64,000 nt of DNA from Octopus vulgaris (lineage: Eukaryota). A model generated the notes under the pieces. That model was not told the DNA's origin, did not search any database, and was given only the letters and a program-made list of their open reading frames with translations. Below are positions 40,426 through 52,059 of the stretch, piece after piece. Location: the NCBI GenBank assembly GCA_951406725.2, contig OX597827.1:54312001-54376000 (forward strand), given 5' to 3'. The position numbers and the translations under genes were made by a program. Within the stretch, counting starts at the first letter, position 1, and each line of letters starts with the position of its first letter.

Positions 40426-41560
40426 TAATCTCAACCATAGTAAAGTAGTATGGTGTAGCCGGTGGACTTCACGGCCAAGGTTTAAAATTTTTTAATTATA
40501 TTAAATTACATCATTATATTTTTAAACCTCATTTATGAACCCATGAAAACTTTTTGCTTGTGATGTCCTCTATTGTCCTCTCTACATCCGATAAATATTA
40601 TCATAATAAAGAATATATCTCTAGCAGATGAGGTGTCCAACACTTAAGAAAGGCAAGAACAGCCTGAAACCAGGCTGGTCTGCTGGTCCTGTCACTAGAA
40701 GATGTCGGTTGCATTGTTAACCAGCTCGAGGAAATGTCCTCTAGAGATTAAAAAATTGCAGTAATGTCTGTTCGAATGGAAACAGCTATGTTGAAGAGGT
40801 GACAAACATTACTTGCCAGTACAGTTACTGCGTTCGTCTCTTACAGAGATTTTATAACTAGCTTCTTTGCTGGTTAAGAAGGAGTACAGTGGGTAAAGAA
40901 CTTTAACAACCAAGCAGTAGCCAAGAAACAGTGGAAGACAAAGTGGAGGGGAGTGACACCTCAAAGGTAAACAGGAAATGTGATGTCAAGTGTGAAGTCA
41001 AGAAAGAAATTGAGGATAGTTGCTTTGTTTGTATTTTCTACCAAGGACCAAAAGGCTTGATCAGTTTGAAATTACAAAGCTGTTTGTATTTGTACGATAT
41101 TAGGAAAAAATGTTACATTAAGGTATGTAAATAGGGAAGTAAGCACTAACATACTTGATGTGGTGAGCCTGATAAGTTTTATTAATGAAGACAATAGTGG
41201 TATCTAGGAGTGGTAAGCTTTATTGAACAATGTTTAATCAAACCAAACAAAGGCAAGTAGGATAACTCAAAATGAAAACCTAAAAACAAAAACCCTTTTT
41301 ATCTGAGTTGATGTGTCAGAGTCTCAGTTAATTAAAATTAGAAATATGTAATGTAATGAAGGAAAGGATTAAGTTACATAATTGTTCTTGTTAGTGGTGC
41401 TAGAAATGGTATATTAAGAAACAGTTATCTCCAGTTACTGGCATAGTTGTATTATTATCATAGGAAAAAATTTACAAAGTGGAGCAATTACAAACAACTC
41501 AAATTAATGGGCAGATGCCACAAAATAATTATATCAAGTGATTATTATATATATATATAT

Positions 41561-41968
41561 AGGCGCAGGAGTGGCTATGTGGTAAGTAGCTTGTTTACCA
41601 ACCACATGGTTCCGGGTTCAGTCCCACTGCGTGGCACCTTGGGCAAGTGTCTTCTACTATAGCCTCGGGCCGACCAAAGCCTTGAGAGTAGATTTGGTAG
41701 ATGGAAACTGAAAGAAGCCTGTCGTATATATGTATATATATATATATATGCATGTGTGTGTTTGTGTGTCTGTGTTTGTCCCCCTAGCATTGCTTGACAA
41801 CCGATGCTGGTGTGTTTATGTCCCCGTTACTTAGCGGTTCGGCAAAAGAGACCGATAGAATAAGTACTGGCTTACAAAAGAATAAGTCCCGGGGTCGAGT
41901 TGCTCGACTAAAGGCGGTGCTCCAGCATGGCCGCAGTCAAATGACTGAAACAAGTAAAAGAGAGTAAA
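41561..41968 (+). mobile_element. tRNA-derived CORE-type SINE, full copy. Others: + 13674-13826, 18195-18350, 31396-31570, 59480-59840; - 13930-14088, 17740-17945, 32240-32620, 33945-34165, 36603-36970, 44623-45023, 57215-57545
   Basis: A/B-box-like head (tggctatgtgg..ggttcagtccc), CORE-like ggcaccttgggcaagtgtctt, internal (TA)/(TG) tract, tail tgactgaaacaagtaaaagag. Confidence 0.85.
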
Positions 41969-41969
41969 G

Positions 41970-42023
<54 letters not shown>

Positions 42024-43218
42024 GGTGTGTTGTTTGTGCATGTGCATATGTGTGTGTCCAACTCACGTCAGTATGGAATGCAGATGCTAAATAATAATAT
42101 CACCACCACACTCAGTCTATCCCAGTCAAGCATTCCCCACTCAACTCATCTTCCTAACACCTATACCGCAATCCCTCTTCTAACTACAGCACTACTCAGT
42201 TGCTATCATCATATGATACCTTTCATTGCTATCCACTAGTAATATAAACAAAAGTGCATTCTACACAAGAAGCCAATATGAGAATTTCTCTCATGGTATC
42301 TACCACAGTATAGTTTGTTCTAACAGAACATCCATGTTTAAGTGGAGGATAAATATTATCTCCCAATGTATGTTTTTGTCTAACTGTCTGTCTGTTTATG
42401 TGTCTATCAATCTATCAGTCTGTCTGACTGTCTATCTATCTATCTATCTCACTCTCTCTACACACACACACATACACACATGCATGTATATATGTACGAA
42501 TGTATTTACATGCATACATAAATGTATGTATGTATATAGACAAACATACATACATACACACATACATACATACGTACATGCATGCATGCATAGGCACACA
42601 CACACACACACACACACACTGACCCACACACATGTGCTCAAACAAACAAAAAGGAACGGAGTGTAAATAACGGACAGAGTCAAGACTATTGAAAAGGTTG
42701 CAAAACGCAACGAAAATTTTAGGAAAATAAAATATAAGAAATAAGTGGAAATTTTACCAGTGTGTGTGCTAAATTATAAGGCACAAAAAGAAAATGACTC
42801 TTCCCAAACACAACAGTATATAGACAAAAAAAAACAAAATACAGAAAAAAATGCAATAGGATGAGTTTACAATCAATATTGTGATTAGGTTGATATTTGA
42901 GGGAAAGACATGAGTTAATGACTATAGCATTCTGTTGAAAAAAACAAAAGAAAGACGAAGTGAAACTGGGAAAGGATGATAGCAGAAAACAAAGATCAAA
43001 AATACAGAGAAGCCATGTGGTGTTGATCTTCATGTTTGGCTGGTGTTAGGAAGGGCATCCAGCTGTAGAAACCATGCCAGATCAGGCTGGAGTCAAGTGC
43101 AACTCCCCAGCCTGCCAGCTCTGGTCAAGCCATCCAACCCATGCCAGCATGGACAACGGATGATAAATAGTGATGATGATATATTCTTCTTCTTCTTCTT
43201 CTTCTTCTTCTTCTTCTT

Positions 43219-43271
<53 letters not shown>

Positions 43272-43790
43272 GGCGGCAAGCTGGCAGAACTGTTAGCATG
43301 CTGGACAAAATGCTTAGCAGTATTTCATCCATCGCTATGTTCTGAGTTCAAATTCTGCCAAGGTCGACTTTGCTTTTCATTCTCTCAAGGTTGATAAATT
43401 AAGTACCAGTTGAGTACTGGGGTCAATGTCTTCCTCCCCACATAATTCAGGCCTTGCGCCTATAGTAGAAAAAATCATTATTACTATTGTTGTTGTTGTT
43501 GTTATTAAGGTGGCTAGCTGGCAGAATTGTTAGCATGCAGGGCAAAATGCTTAGTGGCATTTTATCCACCTTTACACTCTGGTTTCGAATTCAGCCAGGG
43601 CCAGCTTTGCCTTTCAACCTTATGGGGGTCAATAAATTAAGTACCAATCAAGTACTGGGATCGATGTGATTGACTATCTCCCTTTCCACAAATTCTAGGC
43701 CTTGTGTCTATAGTAGAAAGGATTATTATTATTATTATTAAGGTGATGAGCAGGTAGAATCGTTAGCTAAATAACGATTATGATGATGAT

Positions 43791-43838
<48 letters not shown>

Positions 43839-43842
<4 letters not shown>

Positions 43843-44300
43843 GGTTGAACAAAATAATGGAAACACCTTAAAATTTCAAAGAAATTTATTTTAATATGGA
43901 GTAGGACCACCTTGGTAGTAATTATAGCTTGACTTCTATGAGGTATGGACTCGTACAAAGTTTGAATTGTTTCCAAAGGAATTTTTGTCCATTCTTCAGC
44001 AAAAACTGTCTCCAGTTCTTGTAGTGATGATGGTGAAGGATATAGACTCCTTACTTGATTTTCTAAAATGCACCGTAAATGTTCAATAATATCAAGATCT
44101 AGGGACTGTGGTGGCCAGATAAGATGTTCGCCTTCACTAGAATGTTCCTTGTGCCATTCAGTAACAACTTTAGCTGTTTGAATTGGTGCATTATCATCCT
44201 GAAAGATTGCGTTTCCCTCCGGAAACAGTTCCGCAACCATTGGATGAATTTGATCTGATAAAATGCTTAAATAGTCTTAACAATTAATTCTGCCATGAAG
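43839..44300 (-). mobile_element. Tc1-like transposon 3' fragment inserted in (TA)n
   Basis: FQDDNAPIQTAKVVTEW...WPPQSLDLDIIEHL (DDE-domain C-terminus); TIR-like end ggggttgaacaaaataatggaaacacc. Confidence 0.85.
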
Positions 44301-45702
44301 TTTCTACCAATTCCACTCAGAAGGCTTTGGTCAGCCTGAGGCTAAAACAGAAGATACTTGCCCAAGGTGCAACACAGTGGGAGTGAATTCAGAAGCTTCT
44401 TACCACATAGCCACACCTGTATCTGTATATACAAGTTTATATTGTGCAACCCTCAGTCCATTATTGTTATTATAATTGTATTGCACCATTATGTTGTACA
44501 TTTGTTGTTTTTAAGATATATAAGGAAAATGATGTTGAGCTTAAATTTTTTGTCAAACAATTTGTGTACTCATAAAATATGGCATTTATCACATCACAAT
44601 GGGTAACACAGCTTTTATCCTTACTCTTTACTCTTTTACTTGTTTCAGTCATTTGACTGCAGCCATGCTGGAGCACTGCCTTTAGTCGACCCCGGGACCG
44701 AGCAACTCGACCCCGGGACTTATTCTTTTTGTAAGCCCAGTACTTATTCTATCGGTCTCTTTTTGCCGAACCGCTAAGTGACGGGGATGTAAACACACCA
44801 GCATCGCTTGTCAAGCAATGCTAGGGGGACAAACGCAGACACACAAACACATACACATACATATATATATATATACATATATACGACAGGCTTCTTTCAG
44901 TTTCCGTCTACCAAATCCACTCACAAGGCATTGGTGTGCCCAGGGCTATAGCAGAAGACACTTGCCCAAGATGCCACGCAGTGGTTGGTTAGCAAGCTAC
45001 TTACCACACAGCCACTCCTGCGCCTTTGGTAGCAACTGTTATTTGCTATTGCTTACTCCTAGAAAGTATGAAAAATGGCTAATATTCTCTTCAAATTTTT
45101 CTTTTGTAACATTAATTCAAACCCCAAAGAATCCCTCTCAACACATGGCTATTCCTTTCTAAATAGAAGCAAATATGAAATAACACTTACTGACCAAAGA
45201 CAAAAAAAAAGAAAAAAATCAAAATTTTGTTTCAGTGTTATTGAGCCTTTACTGTGAAATCACTCAGTAGGGTATGTAAAGGAGTGTGGCCTAGAGGTTA
45301 GGATGATGCACTCACAATCTAGTGGATGCAGTTTTCATTTCCTGGTCTGGGTGGGGGCGGGGTTGAAGTCTTTCCTAAAACGGAAACGGTAGTAATTCTT
45401 GGATTTTTGTCTACGAAACTGACATGCAACAATCACATGTTAAATAAAAATCATACCACAACACTGATCAATTTATCTTATTTTTTTAACTATTGTTAAA
45501 TTAGTTGTGAAAATATTTCGTTTCTCTCATTTGAGTGGCATTTCGTCTTTCTTTCCGTTCTGAGTTCAAATGCTGTTGTGGTCGACTTTACCTTTTACCT
45601 TTTGGGGTCGATAAAGTAAGTATCAACTGAAAATTGGGCTCCATGTACTCGACTTATGCCCACCCCTAAAACTGCTGGCTTTATACCAAATGTTGAACAC
45701 CT

Positions 45703-46203
45703 GAAGATCGCCCCACGACCTTCCTCTAACCGGGAAGGGAAGGGTGTCTTTATATGCTTGGTGGCTATGACGAAAGAGGTTGTATGGTGGACGAGATTGA
45801 AGGGGCTGGAGACAAATACTTTTCTCTTTAGCCAATTCCTGATCAACTTCCACAAGTTTAGCTTGAAAAGTAAAATAAGGATAGAGAAGGAAGTGTTGTC
45901 TTCTAGCCAGTTTGCTGAAAGGTGGATGAAAGGGGCGAGAATGGTGCGAATGAACGGGCCTGCCCCAAAAGTCAGGGTATCCATGGTTTTTTTAATAGGG
46001 TTTTTTCATGAGCTGCCCTCGAATATCTGCTCCCTATTGAGGATTATACATTACTGATTTTTTTTTTCATTATGTTAATCTTGTTTACACGCAAAACCCT
46101 CACAACACACACACACACATTCTTTGCTTTGTCCTGTACTGTCCATAATGTTTTCTTGATGTAAACCCTTTCTAGTTAATAAAGAAATTATTATTATTAT
46201 TAA

Positions 46204-46247
<44 letters not shown>

Positions 46248-46250
46248 GTA
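45703..46250 (+). mobile_element. Tx1/L1-clade LINE 3' end with AATAAA and (ATT)n tail
   Basis: LVAMTKEVVWWTR..KFSLKSKIRIEK..FAERW; ends gttaataaagaaattattatt. Confidence 0.65.
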
Positions 46251-46269
46251 GTAGTAGTAGTAGTAGTAG

Positions 46270-46610
46270 TATATTTTACTTCGCCAGTAATTGTAAGGAT
46301 TATCGAGGGTGGGGTTCCACCAAGAATCAAAACTGGGAATCATGGGTCAACTCCTCTTCGCTGGTTTACCACACAAAATACTACGGAAACCTATTCTAAA
46401 GTGGTATAAGGAAACCGGAAAACTGGACTGATACAGAGACAAGTTGACAAACGGAGAACACGACAGAGATGACGAGGAAGAGACCGTTACTATGTTATTT
46501 GTTGATGTTGGTAACTAAAATGGCAATTACCAGCGAAGTAATATCAGTTTGAAAGTTCGGCGGCGTTAACTCGGATCATATTCAAACATCCCGCCAGTGA
46601 GTAATGGCTG
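46270..46610. promoter_or_regulatory. Probable (possibly bidirectional) promoter region
   Basis: Directly precedes the ATG exon; CpG dinucleotides look retained from ~46.3 to ~49.7 kb versus depleted flanks; pyrimidine TOP-like start CTCTTCCTC on - strand at 46482-46474. Confidence 0.5.
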
Positions 46611-46693
46611 CAGCCGATTCTATAACAAAAACAAAACCGTTTGAGGAAGGGGATTCTCTAATGGAAAATGCATTGGCCCCTGTATCGCTTAAG
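46604..46693 (+). CDS. First coding exon of a divergent vinculin/alpha-catenin-like gene
   Basis: gtaATGG start, MAAADSITKTKPFEEGDSLMENALAPVSLK, consensus donor AAG|gtaagt, phase 0; lies in a CpG-retaining promoter-like region. Confidence 0.72.
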
Positions 46694-47879
46694 GTAAGTG
46701 TTGTCGCAGGTGGTAGGAGAAAAATCAAACAATATACTACTATATTGCTTTTATAATATAATGTCTTAAGATTCTTTGTTCGGTCTAATGGTGTTAGACA
46801 TCAACTCAATATGATGATGGTCAAGTGTTATTTTAAGGCAAACGAAGAAACTTTATATATATATATATATGATGTGTTATAATAAATAAAAAGGTTATAT
46901 AGATTAATAATACTTGATATTAAGGCTAATGATTAATTATTTATGCACAGACAGATTTGTAAGGGATGGGGTTGTGTGACAATCATTTCTTCAAAGTGAT
47001 GTTATTTTCGATCGATAACACGATGGATTTTTGGTATATTGCTAGTTGAGTAACAACAAAAGAAAACAATATATCAATATGTCAAATACTATTTTTAAAC
47101 AGAAATATGGAAATCTCTAAACTGAACTAGTTTCTCTGTTTAAATTATCCTCCTTTTAAAAAAAAAACCCAGTCGTAATAGGCATTGTGTTTATGCGAGC
47201 CTTTTAATAAGTTAAAGGGCTCTTATTTCACTTTCACAATTAACAGAACACCTAGTGTACGTTCCTTAGGGTGTGGGTATAATTAGTTGTACAGGCTATT
47301 ATAACCTGGTGTTTGTTATATAAAACCTCAGTAAATATGAAAGAGAATGTCGTTTGCTGTGACATTTAAGGAAGGATAGAATTTATTAATGAGAGTAGGG
47401 ACTAAATATATCGGAAATTTGGAAATCCGCACGCATTCCTGATCGGCATAGGATATATTAACGTCAACGTTGGCTCCATTCACCCTACATAGCATTTAAG
47501 TAAGAACAGTGAGGTGTATATATATATATATATATATAATATAAGTGTGTATCCTAAATATTTAGTTCGGATTTTCGCTGCACCATCGCTGTCTGTTGAA
47601 TAACAGACAGGAGACACTTTTTTTTATTTTGTAAAGACGACATGGAGAATGGCAGTGCCTCAGTTTAAAGGCGACATGTGTGAGCCATTTCCAGCTAGGG
47701 ATGGATAATGAGTTGTAAGCTTAGTTCTTGAAAGTAGCCCCTTATACAATTCTTTTGTTGAAATTATGATTGATAAAGATAATGAAAATGATTTCTTTTC
47801 TTTGAAAAGTAACTGATTATAGAAATTTACATACAAAATACACATTCTTGTTTGCACTTTAGTATATTTCTCTCCCTCT

Positions 47880-47880
47880 C

Positions 47881-47955
<75 letters not shown>

Positions 47956-47989
47956 CCTACCTACCTACCTACATATCTATCTATCTATC

Positions 47990-48022
<33 letters not shown>

Positions 48023-48040
48023 CAATCAATCAATCAATCA

Positions 48041-48089
<49 letters not shown>

Positions 48090-48106
48090 CCTACCTACCT
48101 ACCTAC

Positions 48107-48185
<79 letters not shown>
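47880..48185. repeat. Compound tetranucleotide microsatellite (TATC)n/(TACC)n/(TCAA)n
   Basis: Directly visible; many further (TA)n, (CA)n, (ATAC)n, (ATT)n and (CAT)n tracts occur throughout the window. Confidence 0.97.
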
Positions 48186-48247
48186 GTGTATGTGTACACC
48201 CATAAGTTAGTTTACAAAGTGCTTACATGTATGTATGTATGTATGTA

Positions 48248-48280
<33 letters not shown>

Positions 48281-48764
48281 ATATATGTATGCATGTATCT
48301 GTGTATGTGCGTGCGTGCATATGTATTGTTTACACTTGGGCGCTTATATCGCACATTTTCACACACACACAAACATTTCTGAATAAGAACTCGAGAAAGT
48401 ATTCGATCCTAGGAGTAGAGTGGTATATTAATTTTATCCAACTGGAACTTTACAAATTATCTGAGTTTTTTTATTGTAGTATTTTTTTTTATTTAAGTCC
48501 TCAGTTTTCGCGCAAACCTCAGTTTAATAGACCTTGGACTGGTCGTAACCGAGAACCGAACCGAACAGTCATTCTTCGCATACAATATCTTAACGTAATA
48601 GCGAAACTAATAATGCTTTCATCCTTTTTTTGGAATTCCTGTCTTTGGCCCATCTGATTAGTAGTGAACGATCGAGAAGAAATATAGATAAATAGATGGA
48701 GATATATATGCATGTATACACAGACACACACACACACACACATGTACGTATATATATATATATA

Positions 48765-48920
48765 TAAAATTAATTAAGGGTAGAAATCAATATTTATCAA
48801 TTAAAACCAGTGGTATTGCATATTAAAAAAAGAATCCGAAGATTAAAATATTTATATATACCAATTAAGGACTGAACACGAAAAGTAACTGTCCACTTTT
48901 CGTGTTCAGTCCTTAATTGT
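48765..48920 (-). mobile_element. Palindrome-ended, (TA)n-embedded short element (family copy 3)
   Basis: aagggtagaaat..aaaaccagtggtattgcatatta (reverse of the shared tail) plus hairpin caattaaggactgaacacgaaaagt / acttttcgtgttcagtccttaattg. Confidence 0.65.
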
Positions 48921-50278
48921 ATATATATATATATATATATACATGCGCGCACCCACATGTATATATGTTCTTGCAAATATAATTTGGGGTAGTCGAGGGT
49001 TTTTAAAATATTTTTTCAATGATCTCATTTACGATTATTGAATATTACTAGTGAAGGATGGAAAATAAATGAAAAAAAACTTTCAAAAACACTGCAACTA
49101 TCCAAGCTTATCGTTTGTTTGTCAAAAGAAACTAGTCTTCTCATACCGGTCTTTGTTTTTAACACAAAAGACACCTAGATAGATAATTTCTCGCAGACAC
49201 ATTGATGTATGCATGCAAGCATGTATGCATCCATGCATGCATACATGTGTGTGTATGTATGTATTATGTTTGCATGCATATGTATGTGTGTATGTGTTCG
49301 TATGCGTGTACATAAATCTATGAAAATATTTATACATAGTTGTAAATATGGGAGTGTATACACACACACACGCACACAAATATATAGACAATTACGCACA
49401 CCCGTTGCATAAAGTGACAGAAAATTTATCAAGGTACATAACATTAAATAAGCATACATATTTTATATCATTTGGTGCTAGTTGATGAATCACTCTGTTG
49501 GGGTACTCGTGCCCGCGCTCTCTCAAATATCCCCGCAATACTATCGATTCTGATACTAAGCCGTTAACAAAAGTATTTGCGTACACAGAATGCTCTAAAC
49601 TTGCTTTTATAAACCTTATGATATGATTAATAATGCCTAACAGATACGAAACCCGTATTTTATATTAGAAAACATCACCACTATTATTATTGCGATACTG
49701 CTTCCATTCCCGGTTCTATTGATTTCACTTCATTTATGTTATTTAAATGTCACATCATCTCACCTCACTCCTATCCTTTTCTAGAATCTAGCTGTAAATT
49801 TGCTGTAAATTTGATTCAATTTTGTCGAATTAGATTACAGTTAGCATCTCTTTTATTTCCCACTGAAAGAATTGATCACTTTTATAAATAAATTTTAAAT
49901 TACATAACTTTCACTCATTTTTTAAAACTGTTGTTAGATTCTTCCAGTGTTGTTTGGTAAATATCTGTTATAAGTACTTAATAAATATCACTTGAAATGT
50001 AGTTCAATTTCTATTTAAATACAAACATTCATTCAGACAATATATAATGTTTAAATGTATTTACTGAAGTGCCCGTGTTGGGGATGGCGGTATTTTTTAA
50101 ATTCTGAAAACTTTGATACTTTACCCGGTGGAACTCATTCCGTCGTGTTTTAATTATCTAGTTATGTAACCCCCTTAACTGCAAAATTAAATTTTATGGT
50201 TATTTCAGTCACTATGATAAATATTTACAGGCGTAGGAGTGGCTGTGTGGTAAGTAGCTTGCTTACGAACCACATGGC

Positions 50279-51570
50279 AAGGTTTAGAATCAAAGGGCCT
50301 TAGAGTCAATGTTGCAAAGACCAAAGTTCTAGTAAGTAGGAAGGCAAAGACATCACATTCAGGTAGGTGGCCCTGCTTGATCTGTAGAAAAGGTGTAGGT
50401 AGAAACTCCATAAGATGTACCCAGTGTAAGCTATGGACACAAAAGAGGTGCAGAAACATCAAAGGAAGATTAATCGGGAAGATAGCTTTCAAGTGCAGCA
50501 GATGCACGAGGGCAATAAAGTGCAGCAGATGCTCAGAAAACAGACTCCATCACATTCCTGGGGAGAAACTAGAAGTAGTTGATAGCATCCGCTACCTAGG
50601 TGACCAAGTCTGTAGTGGGGGTGGATGCTCAGAGAGTGTTGCCACTAGAATAAGAATAGCCTGGGCAAAGTTCAGAAAGCTTCTACCTCTACTGGTGACA
50701 AAAAGCCTCTCGCTCAGATAGAAAGGTAGACTGTATGATGCATATGTGCGAACTGCCATGCTTCACGGCAGTGAAAAATGGGCTGTGACTGCTGAAGACA
50801 TGTGTAGGCTTGAAAGAAATGAAGCTAGCATGATCTGCTGGATGTGTAATGTCAGTGTGCACACACGACTGAGTGTCAGCACCCTGAGAGAAATGTTAGA
50901 CATAAGAATTATCCGATGTGGCGTGCAAGGGAGATATTTGCATCGGTATGGTCATGCACTGTGGATTGACGAGGAGAGCTGTGTGAAGAAGTGCCACTCC
51001 CAAACAGTGGAAGGAATCTGGAGTAGAGGGAGACCCAGGAAGACATTGGATGAGGTGGTGAAGCATGACCTTCAAAAGTTGGGCCTCACAGAGGCAATGA
51101 CAAAAGACCGAGACCTCTGGAGGTATGCTGTGACTGAGATGACCCGGCAAATAGAGTGAGTCGACAGCTGTAACCTACACCAGTGTCGCATAACCAGCCC
51201 ACTCAAAAGTACCTTGGATCGTAGGGCAACATGCCGTGCTTGAGTCAAGTACATCAACATCAGCAATATCAAAATCAAATCAAATGGAAATTGTAGTTGT
51301 GAGCCCCATGCCTGTAGCACATAAAAAGCACCATCCGAACGTGGACAATGCCAGCTCCTCTGACCCCTGTGCCGGTGGCATGTAAAAATCACCCACTATA
51401 CTCTCGGCGTGGTTGGCATTAGGAAAGGCATCTAGCTGTAGAAACACTGCCAGATCAGATAGGGGCCTGGTGCAGCCTCCTGGCTTCCCAGACCCCAGTC
51501 GAGCTGTCCAACCCAATGCCAGTATGGAAAACGGACATTAAACGATGATGATGATGATGATGAAGATGAT
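50279..51570 (+). mobile_element. RTE-clade LINE, 5'-truncated, with 3' UTR and (GAT)n tail
   Basis: GLRVNVAKTKV, C-x2-C..C-x2-C insert, LEVVDSIRYLG, MLHGSEKWA, RGRPRKT..DRDLWR; tail ..ggaaaacggacattaaacgatgatgat. Confidence 0.9.
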
Positions 51571-51583
51571 AGTGATATATAAA

Positions 51584-51623
51584 ATTGCTTCTTGACCTCT
51601 TGGTTTAGACCAAAGTTTAGTAT
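51584..51623 (+). pseudogene. U2: Degenerate 5' fragment (~40 nt) of U2 snRNA
   Basis: attgcttcttgacctcttggtttagaccaaagtttagtat vs U2 5' end atcgcttctcggccttttggctaagatcaaagtgtagtat: 32/40 identical, mostly transitions. Confidence 0.7.
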
Positions 51624-52059
51624 TAGAATTAATATGCTTCTTGTTGCTGGTTATTTTTCTTTTGGAAGCCAGCATTTCTAGTGTAGTGTTATTTCCTATT
51701 GGTTTATAGAGGTCTTTTGTCCTATCCCATACAGAGTATGCAAGTTTTTATGTTATAAGACCACCTGCACTATGAAGGTGTCTGTCCAGTTTGAATTGAG
51801 TATAATTTGGAATGACAGATGTTGTAGTAGTAAGAATGCTTTCTCAATTATTGCAGTGTGAATGTTGTAAATGATGATAAAATCTTTTAGTTCTATGAAG
51901 GTGGTATTAATGTTATTAGTGTTGTATTGCAGAAATTTTAAGTTTTATGTTTCAGCTTTGTCTTTAATCTTTTACTTGTTTCAGTTAGTGGACTATAGCC
52001 ATGCTGGGGTACCACCTTTAAGAATTTAATTGAACAAATCTCTTTTTGCCAAACCACTA

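Larger units (their letters stand above)
26973..46482 (-). ncRNA. Candidate spliced long non-coding transcript; putative exons 46370-46482, 42871-42931, 41155-41279, 31941-32026, 28024-28165, 26973-26999
   Basis: Repeat-free islands bounded on the - strand by polypyrimidine+AG acceptors (e.g. tttttttcaacag, tttcttttctccag, tctttcttcctgtag) and GT donors; no convincing protein. Confidence 0.3.

Noticed and set aside
41561-41640. tRNA-like A/B boxes here and at other SINE heads
   Set aside because: They continue into SINE bodies and lack a full cloverleaf; not tRNA genes.
28024-42931. ~96-codon open frame across putative - strand exons 42871-42931, 31941-32026 and 28024-28165
   Set aside because: No clear start codon, no recognisable family, and broken if exon 41155-41279 is included; kept only as part of the lncRNA candidate.
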